Assembly (NCBI GenBank): GCA_006227085.1
Contig: SBFY01000117.1
Coordinates: forward strand, 1 to 38,008
Direction of reading: 5' to 3'
DNA: 38,008 nt
Origin: Gammaproteobacteria bacterium
GTDB lineage: Bacteria > Pseudomonadota > Gammaproteobacteria > Pseudomonadales > M0112
The position numbers and the translations under genes are program-made. Below, in pieces: positions 18,831 to 28,067 of the stretch (its first letter is position 1; the number at the start of each line of letters is the position of its first letter). The notes beneath the pieces are model-generated. The model worked only from the letters and a program-made list of their open reading frames with translations. It ran no database searches and was not told where the DNA came from.

Positions 18831-19658
18831 ATGAGGAAAAAGACGATGTTGCGGGCGTTGTGGGTCATGTGGGCATTTTGCCTGATACCGTCAGTGGTCC
18901 TTGCCGGTGAAGGTGCAGCGGTTGCCGGGGCGCCGGTGATGCGTTCCCAGCCAAGCCTGGAAGTGGTGAGGAAAACCATTGTGGCGCAAGTGGCTACGGT
19001 TAAACCCGATTGGGTCTTGCTGGATGTCAAGCCATCGGCGATTGAAGGTTTGTATGAGGCGCGTTTCCAGAATGGGTTGTTGGCCTATATCAGTGCTGAT
19101 GGCCGATACATTGTAGATGGCGAGCTTTACGAGATTCGCAAAGGCGACGTTGTTTCGCTGACAGAAGAATCCCGTAGCCTGGAGCGTGCGCCTAAATTGG
19201 CGGCGATTGCCCGCAAGGACATGGTGATTTTTTCACCGCCGCCACCACAGGCAACCAAGGCAGCCCTGTATGTGTTTACCGATGTGGATTGCGGGTATTG
19301 CCAGAAACTGCATTCGGAAGTGCCATTGCTGAATGCCATGGGTATTGAGGTGCGTTACCTGGCATGGCCACGTGCCGGCTTCGATTCGGATACGTATCGC
19401 AAGATGGCGACGATCTGGTGTGCCAAGGGTAACGAGCGCAATGATTTGATGACGAAATACAAGAACCGTGAGGCAGCGCCCTTGAATGTGTGCGAGGATA
19501 ATCCGGTCGCTGCGCAATTCCGTTTAGGTCAGGAACTGGGCATCAGTGGCACGCCTGCACTGATGTTTGAGAATGGCCGCATGCAGCCGGGTTACTTGCC
19601 AGCCGATCAATTGGCGCCGCTGGTTATCAAGACTTCCCTTGAGGCAAAAAGCCGGTAA
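18831..19658 (+). CDS. dsbC: Thiol:disulfide interchange protein DsbC.
   Basis: A signal peptide, an N-terminal dimerisation domain, and a thioredoxin fold with the CGYC active site (FTDVDCGYCQKLH) and GTPALMFENG. The start is uncertain. ATG 18819 has an AAGGG RBS, ATG 18831 gives the best signal-peptide n-region, and ATG 18846 has GAGGA 8 nt upstream. Confidence 0.88.
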   Translation: MRKKTMLRALWVMWAFCLIPSVVLAGEGAAVAGAPVMRSQPSLEVVRKTIVAQVATVKPDWVLLDVKPSAIEGLYEARFQNGLLAYISADGRYIVDGELYEIRKGDVVSLTEESRSLERAPKLAAIARKDMVIFSPPPPQATKAALYVFTDVDCGYCQKLHSEVPLLNAMGIEVRYLAWPRAGFDSDTYRKMATIWCAKGNERNDLMTKYKNREAAPLNVCEDNPVAAQFRLGQELGISGTPALMFENGRMQPGYLPADQLAPLVIKTSLEAKSR

Positions 19659-19670
19659 CCGGAAGCCGCC

Positions 19671-20876
19671 ATGCATACCGATTTCCGTCGCATCGGCCGC
19701 TTGCCCCCTTATGTCTTCAACGTCATTGGTGAGTTGAAGAAGCAGGCGCGTGCGCGTGGCGAAGACATCATCGATTTCGGTATGGGTAATCCCGACCAGC
19801 CAACCCCGCAACACATCGTCGATAAATTGATTGAAACGACGCAACGGGGAGACACCCATCGTTATTCCCAGTCCAAGGGTATCCCGCGGCTGCGCCGGGC
19901 CATTTGCCAGTGGTACCAGAAGCGTTTTGGCGTGACGCTGGATCCGGAAACGGAAGCGATCGTGACCTTGGGTTCGAAGGAAGGCCTGGCGCACCTGGCC
20001 CTGGCGACACTGGGGCCGGGAGACGCGGTACTGGTACCCAATCCGGCCTACCCGATTCATCCTTATGGGTTTGTCATTGCCGGTGCGGATATCCGTCATG
20101 TGCCGTTGGTGGATGGCGGGGATTTTTTTGCCGAGCTGGAATCAGCGGTGCGCAACACCTATCCCAAGCCGAAGATGCTGGTGTTGAATTTCCCGGGTAA
20201 CCCGACCGCGTCGTGTGTGGAGCTGGATTTTTTCGAGCGCGTTGTCGCTTTTGCCCGTGAGCACCAGATCTGGGTGATCCAGGATCTGGCCTATGCCGAT
20301 CTGTGTTTTGACGGCTATGTGGCGCCATCCATCCTGCAAGTGCCGGGTGCCAAAGAGGTGGCGGTGGAGTTTTTCACCCTCTCAAAGAGTTACAATATGC
20401 CCGGCTGGCGGGTCGGTTTTTGCTGCGGTAATCCCGTGTTGGTGGGCGCGTTGGCGAGGATGAAGTCGTACCTCGACTACGGCATGTTTACCCCCATCCA
20501 GGTTGCAGCCATTACGGCACTGGAAGGTGACCAATCCTGTGTGGCGGAGATCTGTGATCGTTACCGTCATCGCCGTGATGTGCTGTGCAAGGGGTTGGCC
20601 GAAGCCGGTTGGCCGGTCGATGTGCCCAAGGCCACGATGTTTGTGTGGGCCAGGATCCCGGAAGCGTATCAGTCGATGGGCTCGCTGGAGTTCAGCAAGA
20701 AGCTGTTGCGGGACGCCAGGGTGGCTGTATCACCCGGTATCGGGTTTGGTGAATACGGTGAAGGTTATGTGCGGTTTGGCTTGATCGAAAACGAACATCG
20801 CACCCGGCAAGCGGTGCGCAATATCCGGCGGATGTTTCGCGAGGATGGATTGATTGCTGGCCTTGGCCAGGAATAG
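19671..20876 (+). CDS. Class I/II pyridoxal-phosphate aminotransferase (AlaC-like alanine/aspartate transaminase).
   Basis: [34 protein letters not shown]. The PLP lysine context is [16 protein letters not shown]. The position upstream of hom-thrC is a common arrangement in gamma- and betaproteobacteria. Confidence 0.9.
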   Translation: MHTDFRRIGRLPPYVFNVIGELKKQARARGEDIIDFGMGNPDQPTPQHIVDKLIETTQRGDTHRYSQSKGIPRLRRAICQWYQKRFGVTLDPETEAIVTLGSKEGLAHLALATLGPGDAVLVPNPAYPIHPYGFVIAGADIRHVPLVDGGDFFAELESAVRNTYPKPKMLVLNFPGNPTASCVELDFFERVVAFAREHQIWVIQDLAYADLCFDGYVAPSILQVPGAKEVAVEFFTLSKSYNMPGWRVGFCCGNPVLVGALARMKSYLDYGMFTPIQVAAITALEGDQSCVAEICDRYRHRRDVLCKGLAEAGWPVDVPKATMFVWARIPEAYQSMGSLEFSKKLLRDARVAVSPGIGFGEYGEGYVRFGLIENEHRTRQAVRNIRRMFREDGLIAGLGQE

Positions 20877-20896
20877 AAGCAGTTAAGGAGCAAGCG

Positions 20897-22204
20897 GTGG
20901 CTGTAGTCAATGTGGGTATTTGCGGTCTGGGGACGGTCGGTGGTGGTGCGGTCACGGTATTGCGTCGCAACGCGGCCGTGATTGCCGCGCGTGCAGGTGC
21001 AGACATTGTCATTCGCCAGATCGGGGCTCGTCGCGACAAGCCGGGTATCGATACCCAGGGTATCGATGTGGTGCGCGATGTGTTTGCTGTCGCCCGCAAT
21101 CCGGATATTGATATTGTGGTTGAACTGATCGGTGGGACGACCACAGCCAAAGAATTGGTGCTGGAAGCGATCAAGCATGGCAAGCATGTGGTGACCGCTA
21201 ACAAGGCCTTGATTGCCGAATATGGTAACGAGATTTTTGCAGCGGCTGCCAAGCAGGGCGTGAGCGTCTGTTTTGAGGCAGCGGTGGCGGGTGGTATCCC
21301 GATCATCAAGGCCATCCGTGAAGGCCTGGCGGCCAATCGCATCCAGTGGTTGGCTGGCATCATCAATGGCACCGGGAATTTCATCCTGTCTGAAATGCGC
21401 AGCAAAGGCCGTGCGTTTGATGACGTGTTGGCAGAAGCCCAGAAGCTGGGTTATGCCGAAGCTGATCCGACGTTTGATGTGGAAGGGATTGATGCTGCGC
21501 ACAAGCTGGTGATCCTGGCATCCATCGCATTTGGTATCCCGTTGCGATTTGATGCGGTATTTACCGAAGGTATCTCGCGCTTGCAGATCGAGGATATCCG
21601 TCACGCCGATGAATTGGGTTATCGCGTCAAGCACCTGGGCGTGGCACGCCGTACCGATGCTGGCGTGGAATTACGCGTGCATCCGACCCTGATCCCTGCC
21701 AAACGATTGATCGCCAATGTGAATGGCGTGAAAAATGCAGTGCTGGTGGAAAGCGATGCCGTTGGCCCGACCTTGTATTACGGTGCGGGGGCAGGTGCCG
21801 AGCCGACAGCCTCCGCAGTGATTGCCGATATCGTCGACCTCGCGCGCACCATGGGTATGGATGTCAGGTACCGTGTGCCGCCGTTGGCCTTCCAGTCTGG
21901 CGCGATCGAGAATGTGGCGGTGATCCCGATGGAAGACGTGGTGTGTGGTCATTACCTGCGGATGTCTGTCCTGGATAAGCCGGGCGTGCTGAGCCAGGTC
22001 ACGCAAGTGTTGAGCAGCCATGGCATCAGCGTCGAAGCCTTGATCCAGAAGGAACCGGAAGAAAGTGCGGAGACAGCCACCATCATCCTGCTGACCAGTC
22101 GTGCTGCCGAAAAAACCCTGGTGGCGGTGGTCAAGTCGATTGAGGCGATGGACAGTATTGAAGGGCAGGTGGTGCGCCTGCGTGTCGAGAACCTGGATGG
22201 TTGA
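20897..22204 (+). CDS. hom: Homoserine dehydrogenase.
   Basis: GTG start with AAGGAG 6 nt upstream. NAD fold VGICGLGTVGGG, a catalytic region, and a C-terminal ACT domain (YLRMSVLDKPGVLSQV). Adjacent to thrC. Confidence 0.95.
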   Translation: MAVVNVGICGLGTVGGGAVTVLRRNAAVIAARAGADIVIRQIGARRDKPGIDTQGIDVVRDVFAVARNPDIDIVVELIGGTTTAKELVLEAIKHGKHVVTANKALIAEYGNEIFAAAAKQGVSVCFEAAVAGGIPIIKAIREGLAANRIQWLAGIINGTGNFILSEMRSKGRAFDDVLAEAQKLGYAEADPTFDVEGIDAAHKLVILASIAFGIPLRFDAVFTEGISRLQIEDIRHADELGYRVKHLGVARRTDAGVELRVHPTLIPAKRLIANVNGVKNAVLVESDAVGPTLYYGAGAGAEPTASAVIADIVDLARTMGMDVRYRVPPLAFQSGAIENVAVIPMEDVVCGHYLRMSVLDKPGVLSQVTQVLSSHGISVEALIQKEPEESAETATIILLTSRAAEKTLVAVVKSIEAMDSIEGQVVRLRVENLDG

Positions 22205-22237
22205 GCCATTCCAGCAACGAGTGATTAAGGCAAGCAA

Positions 22238-23632
22238 ATGAAATACATCAGTACACGAGGCAAGGCACCGGCACTGGATTTTGAAGGTGTGTTGTTGACG
22301 GGCCTGGCCAGCGATGGCGGGCTGTATGTGCCGGAAACCATCCCGGCATTTTCCAAAGACGATATCGCAGCCATGGCTGGCATGCGTTATGAAGACGTCG
22401 CATTCAAGGTGATGTATCCCTTTGTGGAAGGCTGTATCCCGGCCGATGATTTCAAGCGCATTATTGATGAAACCTATGCAGTATTCCGTCATGACGCAGT
22501 GACACCACTGGTGCAACTGGACGATAACGAATGGGTGCTGGAGCTGTTCCATGGGCCGACCCTGGCGTTCAAGGATGTGGCCTTGCAGTTGCTCGGTCGT
22601 TTGCTCGATTACATGCTGGAAAAGCGTGGCAACCGGGTGGTGATCCTGGGGGCCACATCAGGTGACACCGGTTCTGCTGCGATTGAAGGTTGCCGCAGTT
22701 GCCGCAATGTCGATATTGTCATCCTGCATCCGTACCAGCGTGTGTCGGAAGTGCAGCGTCGCCAGATGACCACCGTGATTGCCGACAACATCCACAACCT
22801 GTCGGTGCGCGGTAACTTTGACGATTGCCAGCAGATGGTGAAAGACAGTTTTGGTGACCAGTCTTTCCTGCCGGAAGGGCGTTCACTGGTGGCGGTGAAC
22901 TCGATTAACTGGGCGCGCATCATGGCCCAGATCGTTTATTACTTTACTTCCGCTGTAGCAGTTGGTGCGCCGCATCGACCGGTAGCGTATTCCGTGCCCA
23001 CCGGTAATTTCGGTGACATTTTTGCGGGCTATATTGCCAAGCGCATGGGATTACCCATTGACCAGCTGGTGATTGCCACCAACCGTAATGACATCCTGCA
23101 TCGTTTCCTGTCGGGCAATAAGTACGAAAAGCATCCGCTGGTGCATACCTTGTCACCAAGCATGGACATCATGATTTCCAGCAATTTCGAACGCATGCTG
23201 TTCGAACTCTATGATCGCGATGCCGTAGCAATTCGTGACTTGATGGATCGCTTCCGTACCGAGCCAGTCAGTTTGCGTGAGGACGCCTTTGCCAAGGCGC
23301 GTGAACTCTTCACCAGTGAAGGCGTCGACGATGTGCGTACCTGTGACACGATTCGTGAGGTGTTCGGGAAAACGGAATACCTGCTCGATCCGCACACGGC
23401 GATTGGTGTGTGTGCCGCACGCGAAACCCGCCGGCATCCAGCCGTGCCGATGATTTGCCTGGCCACAGCGCATCCGGCCAAGTTCGCCGAAGCAGTGCGC
23501 CAATCCGGGCAAGAGGAAGACCCGCCATTGCCGCATCATATGCGTGACCTGTTGCAGCGCGAAGAGCGCTACACCGTGCTGGATAATGACCTCAAGGCCA
23601 TCCAGTCGTATGTGGCCAAGCACTGTTCATAA
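22238..23632 (+). CDS. thrC: Threonine synthase (long, about 460 aa type).
   Basis: MKYISTRG start. PLP lysine motif GPTLAFKDVALQ. TSGDTGSAA. Immediately downstream of hom. Confidence 0.95.
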   Translation: MKYISTRGKAPALDFEGVLLTGLASDGGLYVPETIPAFSKDDIAAMAGMRYEDVAFKVMYPFVEGCIPADDFKRIIDETYAVFRHDAVTPLVQLDDNEWVLELFHGPTLAFKDVALQLLGRLLDYMLEKRGNRVVILGATSGDTGSAAIEGCRSCRNVDIVILHPYQRVSEVQRRQMTTVIADNIHNLSVRGNFDDCQQMVKDSFGDQSFLPEGRSLVAVNSINWARIMAQIVYYFTSAVAVGAPHRPVAYSVPTGNFGDIFAGYIAKRMGLPIDQLVIATNRNDILHRFLSGNKYEKHPLVHTLSPSMDIMISSNFERMLFELYDRDAVAIRDLMDRFRTEPVSLREDAFAKARELFTSEGVDDVRTCDTIREVFGKTEYLLDPHTAIGVCAARETRRHPAVPMICLATAHPAKFAEAVRQSGQEEDPPLPHHMRDLLQREERYTVLDNDLKAIQSYVAKHCS

Positions 23633-23635
23633 GGC

Positions 23636-25393
23636 ATGAGTCCTGCCATGGCACAGGTTCGCCGGCGCTTGCTGCCGGACGCGCCTTGCCAGCTTCCGGA
23701 TGATATCCCTGTTGCCCTGCAGCGCATTTATCGCGCCCGTGGGATTCATGCCGCCAGTGAGCTGGATTACTCGCTCGCGCGCCTGCCGTCGCCGGATTTG
23801 CTGAAAGGGCTGCCGGCTGCACTGCAATTGCTGGATGATGCCATCCGCCAGCAACACACGATCCTGATTGTCGGTGATTACGATGCCGATGGTGCCACCA
23901 GTACCGCGTTGGCCATGTTGGGGCTGAAGGCAATGGGTGCTGCGCATGTGCATTACTTGCTGCCGGATCGTTTCAAATACGGCTATGGTTTGAGTCCAGC
24001 CATTGTCGAGTTGGCGGCAGCACAACAACCCGACCTGATCATCACCGTGGATAACGGTATTGCCAGTCATGCTGGTGTGGATGCAGCGCATGCCCAAGGC
24101 ATCAAGGTGTTGGTCACTGATCACCATTTGCCTGCGGATACCTTGCCATCTGCCGATGCCATCGTGAATCCCAATCAACCGGGTTGCCATTTCCCATCCC
24201 GTGCCCTGGCGGGTGTGGGTGTGATGTTTTATGTGTTGGTGGCACTGCGCAGTCATTTGCGCGAAACCGGCTGGTTTTCGGCACAACGTCCCGAACCCAA
24301 TGTGGCGGAGTGGCTGGACCTGGTGGCCGTCGGAACCGTGGCTGATGTGGTGCCACTGGATCATGTCAATCGCATCCTGGTGGAACAAGGGTTGCGTCGT
24401 ATCCGTGCTGGCCAGTGCCGTCCTGGTATCACGGCATTGCTGGAAGTGGGCAAGCGTGATCCCGTGCGTGCGGTGGCCAGTGATTTGGGGTTTGCAGTGG
24501 GGCCGCGCCTGAATGCCGCAGGTCGCTTGGCGGACATGAGTGAAGGTGTGCATTGCCTGCTGGAAACGGATGCCGGCAAGGCGTGGCAATACGCACAAGA
24601 CCTCGATGCCAAGAATCGTGAGCGGCGTGAGATTGAAAGTGGCATGCAGGACGATGCGGCCACATGGCTTGCACAGTTTGGGTCTGCCGGAGAAGACCTG
24701 CCATGGGGACTGGCTGTGTTTGAACCGCATTGGCATCAGGGTGTGGTGGGGATACTGGCCAGTCGGCTGAAGGACAAGCTGCATCGCCCGGTGTTTGCGT
24801 TTGCTCCGGGGGAATCGGGCGAATTGAAAGGGTCTGGTCGCTCAATCGCCGGTTTCCACTTGCGTGATGCCCTCGATGCGATCGCCACACGGCATCCCGG
24901 GTTGATTGATCGTTTTGGTGGCCATGCCATGGCTGCCGGATTAAGCATGCGTGAAGAGGCGCTGCCGCAATTTGCCGAGGCCTTTGATGCACTGGCGAGG
25001 GAATGGTTGGCGGAAGACCAATTGCAGGCGGTGATATGGTCAGATGGCGAGTTGTCCGCCCATGATATGAACCTGTCACTGGCCAAGGCCTTGCGTACTG
25101 CAGGGCCTTGGGGGCAGAAATTCCCGGAACCGCTGTTTGACGGGGTCTTTACCGTTGAACAGGAACGGGTGCTGGCTGACAAACACCTGAAATTGCGGCT
25201 GCGTGCTGGCGAGAATGCCACACTGCTGGATGCCATCTGGTTTTTCGCTGACCTCGATCGCTGGGCCATGCATCAACCTGGGCGCATTCGCCTCGTCTAT
25301 CGCCTGGATGCCAATGAATACCGGGGTATCGAGACTGTGCAGTTGTTGGTTGAGGCGGTGGATTTCGGGAATCTGGACTACACTGGTCAGTAA
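23636..25393 (+). CDS. recJ: Single-stranded-DNA-specific exonuclease RecJ.
   Basis: DHH motifs are present (GDYDADGATS, TVDNGI, LVTDHH), as is the DHHA1 region GGHAMAAG. The start lies 3 nt after the thrC stop. Confidence 0.95.
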   Translation: MSPAMAQVRRRLLPDAPCQLPDDIPVALQRIYRARGIHAASELDYSLARLPSPDLLKGLPAALQLLDDAIRQQHTILIVGDYDADGATSTALAMLGLKAMGAAHVHYLLPDRFKYGYGLSPAIVELAAAQQPDLIITVDNGIASHAGVDAAHAQGIKVLVTDHHLPADTLPSADAIVNPNQPGCHFPSRALAGVGVMFYVLVALRSHLRETGWFSAQRPEPNVAEWLDLVAVGTVADVVPLDHVNRILVEQGLRRIRAGQCRPGITALLEVGKRDPVRAVASDLGFAVGPRLNAAGRLADMSEGVHCLLETDAGKAWQYAQDLDAKNRERREIESGMQDDAATWLAQFGSAGEDLPWGLAVFEPHWHQGVVGILASRLKDKLHRPVFAFAPGESGELKGSGRSIAGFHLRDALDAIATRHPGLIDRFGGHAMAAGLSMREEALPQFAEAFDALAREWLAEDQLQAVIWSDGELSAHDMNLSLAKALRTAGPWGQKFPEPLFDGVFTVEQERVLADKHLKLRLRAGENATLLDAIWFFADLDRWAMHQPGRIRLVYRLDANEYRGIETVQLLVEAVDFGNLDYTGQ

Positions 25394-25498
25394 GCACCTG
25401 TAATACCGGGCGCAGGAAGCAGGCAATACCTGTGTTACAGGTTGCTATCCGGTGTGGCTGTAGGCACGGATATTCCGTTCATGGCCAAGGAGGTGTGT

Positions 25499-25885
25499 AT
25501 GTCTCTTCTATCCATTCCCCGCTGGGGATTCCTGCTACTTTTCCTTGTGTTGCTACCCGCTTGCGCCGGTTCGCCGCCCGATGGCATGCCGGACTTGCGT
25601 GGCCAGTGGATTGGTGAATATCCCTGCTGCGGGGTTGAAACCATTGAAGTGAGCCAGCGAGGCCATCGTGTGCAGGCGACCAAGGTGACGGGCGATGATT
25701 ATGTGCCAGCGGGTGAAGTGACCTGGCGGGCGAGCGTTGAAAGCGGTGAAGGTGAAGGCCAGATTGCTGACAAGGGTTTTGCCAATGCACGGTTTATTGC
25801 TGGCACATTGACGGTACTGGATCATGATACGATCCAGTTTGAATGGGGCCAGTCCTTGACGGTGATTTACAGTCGCGTGGATTGA
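25499..25885 (+). CDS. Hypothetical lipoprotein.
   Basis: A perfect AAGGAGG RBS lies upstream of ATG 25499. Signal peptide with lipobox LLPAC. I recognise no family. It is the first gene of a tightly spaced three-gene set. Confidence 0.7.
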   Translation: MSLLSIPRWGFLLLFLVLLPACAGSPPDGMPDLRGQWIGEYPCCGVETIEVSQRGHRVQATKVTGDDYVPAGEVTWRASVESGEGEGQIADKGFANARFIAGTLTVLDHDTIQFEWGQSLTVIYSRVD

Positions 25886-25918
25886 TCCTCGGCCAGTCAA
25901 TGATTGCAGGGAGTCGTG

Positions 25919-26899
25919 ATGGGCTCAGTGGAAGGGCTTGCTGTGCCGGCCGGTGAGCCAACGGCAGCGTGGGCGCAACAGCATCCCGTTGCCAGCCATG
26001 TATTAGCCACGCGTCCACCTTTTTTATTGGCTTCGGTTGCACCGGTGTTGATCGGTATGGCGGCTGCCACCCATGCGGGCGTGGCGATCCAGCCGTTGTT
26101 GGCCATCCTGACGGTACTGGCCGTGGTGTTGCTGCATGCCACCGTGAATGTCTTCAATGATTACTATGATCATCGCAATGGCGGTGATGCCGCCAACACA
26201 GCACGGGTATTCCCGTTTACTGGCGGTAGCCGGTTTATCCAGAACGGTGTGTTCACGGATCGCCACATGCTGCTGTGGGCATTGCTTTTATGCGCTGCTG
26301 TCATGGTGGTGGGTATTGTCATCCTGGTTCAGCTGCCGCCGGTGGCGAGACCTGGGTTGGTCCTGTTGGGCATCACCGGTTTGCTGGTTGGCTGGGCATA
26401 TTCCGCACCGCCATTGCGACTCAATAGCCGTGGCTTGGGGGAGGTGTCGGTTGCCGTGGGCTTCGGTGCGTTGATGCCCTTGGGAGCCGATTATGTGCAA
26501 GGCCATGACTGGTCGGCGCTGCCTGTGTATGCGGGTCTGCCATATGGTTTGCTGGTGACCAATTTGTTGTGGATCAACCAGTTTCCGGATCATGCAGCCG
26601 ATGCGCTGGTCGGCAAGCGACATGGTGTGGTGAGGCTGGGCATTGCCCGTGCACGTATGGTGTATGTGTTGTGCGCAGCATTGGCGTATGCCGGTTTGGC
26701 AGGCATGGTGATGGCCGGGCTGCTGCCGTTGGCTTGCCTGGCCGGGCTGCTGGTGTTGCCGCTGTCGGCCTTTGCTGCACGGCAATTATGGCGATATGCC
26801 ACTCAGCCGGCTTGCCTGGTGCCGGCGATACGGGCGACCATTGTGGCGATGCTCCTGCATGCCATGCTGGTGTCAGCAGGATTGTGTTGGGCAAGTTGA
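25919..26899 (+). CDS. UbiA-superfamily prenyltransferase, MenA-like (resembling 1,4-dihydroxy-2-naphthoate polyprenyltransferase).
   Basis: First Asp-rich motif NVFNDYYDHRNG. The second motif INQFPDHAADALVGKRHGVVRLG parallels E. coli MenA NNLRDINSDRENGKNTLVVRLG, recalled from memory. About 8-9 TM helices. An AGGGAG RBS precedes ATG 25919. Confidence 0.82.
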   Translation: MGSVEGLAVPAGEPTAAWAQQHPVASHVLATRPPFLLASVAPVLIGMAAATHAGVAIQPLLAILTVLAVVLLHATVNVFNDYYDHRNGGDAANTARVFPFTGGSRFIQNGVFTDRHMLLWALLLCAAVMVVGIVILVQLPPVARPGLVLLGITGLLVGWAYSAPPLRLNSRGLGEVSVAVGFGALMPLGADYVQGHDWSALPVYAGLPYGLLVTNLLWINQFPDHAADALVGKRHGVVRLGIARARMVYVLCAALAYAGLAGMVMAGLLPLACLAGLLVLPLSAFAARQLWRYATQPACLVPAIRATIVAMLLHAMLVSAGLCWAS

Positions 26900-26912
26900 A
26901 ACGGGAGAGGCA

Positions 26913-27359
26913 ATGATGAAACGGTTGTTATTGGTGTTTTCCTTTGCAGCATCCATGATGGCATGGGCTGGCGCACCGGTTGTATTACCGGCTTGCCCCG
27001 CAAGCCCTAACTGTGTCTCCAGCCAGTCAGCGCTCGACGATTCGCAACATTACATCAAACCGTTTGTGTTGCAGTTATCGGCGGAAGAAGGGTGGTTGCG
27101 GTTGCGCGATGTGGTGGCCTCGCAGGTGCGCACGAAGGTGGTGGATGAAAAGCCGTCACCGCCTTACCTGAGGGCAGAGGCGACCAGCCGGATTTTCCGT
27201 TTCGTCGATGACCTTGAATTATGGCTGGATGCCGACGGGAAAACAGTGCATGTGCGTTCGGCATCGCGCACTGGCTATGGTGACCTCGGTGTGAATCGCA
27301 AGCGGGTAGAGGGCTTGCGTGAGCAATTGCAGCAGCAAGGCATTATTGCTACGCCTTAG
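26913..27359 (+). CDS. DUF1499-domain protein with a signal peptide.
   Basis: MMKRLLLVFSFAASMMAWA signal. The blocks CPASPNCVSS...H.I.P, YLRAEATSRIFRFVDDLE and VRSASRTGYGDLGVNRKRVEGLR match the DUF1499 pattern I recall. A GGGAGAGG RBS is present. The 5' part of ORF 26772.. lies inside the upstream gene. Confidence 0.75.
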   Translation: MMKRLLLVFSFAASMMAWAGAPVVLPACPASPNCVSSQSALDDSQHYIKPFVLQLSAEEGWLRLRDVVASQVRTKVVDEKPSPPYLRAEATSRIFRFVDDLELWLDADGKTVHVRSASRTGYGDLGVNRKRVEGLREQLQQQGIIATP

Positions 27360-27371
27360 GATCGCCAGACC

Positions 27372-28067
27372 CTAGAACATCATGCGCACACCGATATGCC
27401 ATTGATGCTCATCCGGGTCTTCGCGACTGGCTTGTTTGTCATCGCGTAAGTCGCCCAGGTATTTCTTGAAGCGGTATTCCGCGTAGCTGTGCCACTGGCT
27501 GTCCCACTTCCATTCCAGCCGGAAAAAGGGCTCGACACTGTTCCAGCCCCTGGCGACTTCCTGCTCCTTGTCCTCATCACTGGCATAGCGTGCTTCAATG
27601 CCGGGGTAGGCTGTGATGCGGTTACTGAGCGCGGTTGGCCGTTCCAGTGTGATGTCGGATTCGATCCCGCCTGCATAGCCATACACGGTCACTTCTGCCT
27701 CGATAAAACCCGGTAGCAAATGCTCATAACCGATGGCGGTGCGCCAGGCGTGGGAAGGGCGCTGCCGGTAACTGGCACCGATCTTGGCCAGGCCCCAGGT
27801 GCCTACCGGTCGGGCGTAAAACACATCCGTGGTGGATTCATGCAGTTGCCCGTCTTCGCTTTCAAGATCCAGTTCAACCAGCAATTTATGGAAATCCGGC
27901 CCGCCGAGGTAGCGGTAATCGAGTTGCCAGTCGTTGTGATCAACGCGGCGCTGGATCTCGAGGTCGGTGCGGTCATACCAGGGATCCATGGCATGTTCGT
28001 TCATCCCGTCAGCCATGGCAGACAAGCTGGCCATGGTGAGTACCAGTGCAGGAAACCATGTGTTCAT
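27372..28067 (-). CDS. copB: Copper resistance protein B (CopB/PcoB-family outer-membrane beta-barrel), short form.
   Basis: A signal peptide, alternating beta-strand pattern, and a terminal ...WHIGVRMMF. Its ATG overlaps the copA stop (ATGA at 28064-28067). It lacks the N-terminal Met/His-rich repeats seen in longer PcoB/CopB proteins. Confidence 0.82.
   Translation of the reverse strand: MNTWFPALVLTMASLSAMADGMNEHAMDPWYDRTDLEIQRRVDHNDWQLDYRYLGGPDFHKLLVELDLESEDGQLHESTTDVFYARPVGTWGLAKIGASYRQRPSHAWRTAIGYEHLLPGFIEAEVTVYGYAGGIESDITLERPTALSNRITAYPGIEARYASDEDKEQEVARGWNSVEPFFRLEWKWDSQWHSYAEYRFKKYLGDLRDDKQASREDPDEHQWHIGVRMMF

Noticed and set aside
26772-26912. The longer form of the DUF1499 ORF, starting at 26772.
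   Set aside because: The extension overlaps the 3' end of the prenyltransferase gene in another frame. The ATG at 26913 has a strong RBS and yields a proper signal peptide.
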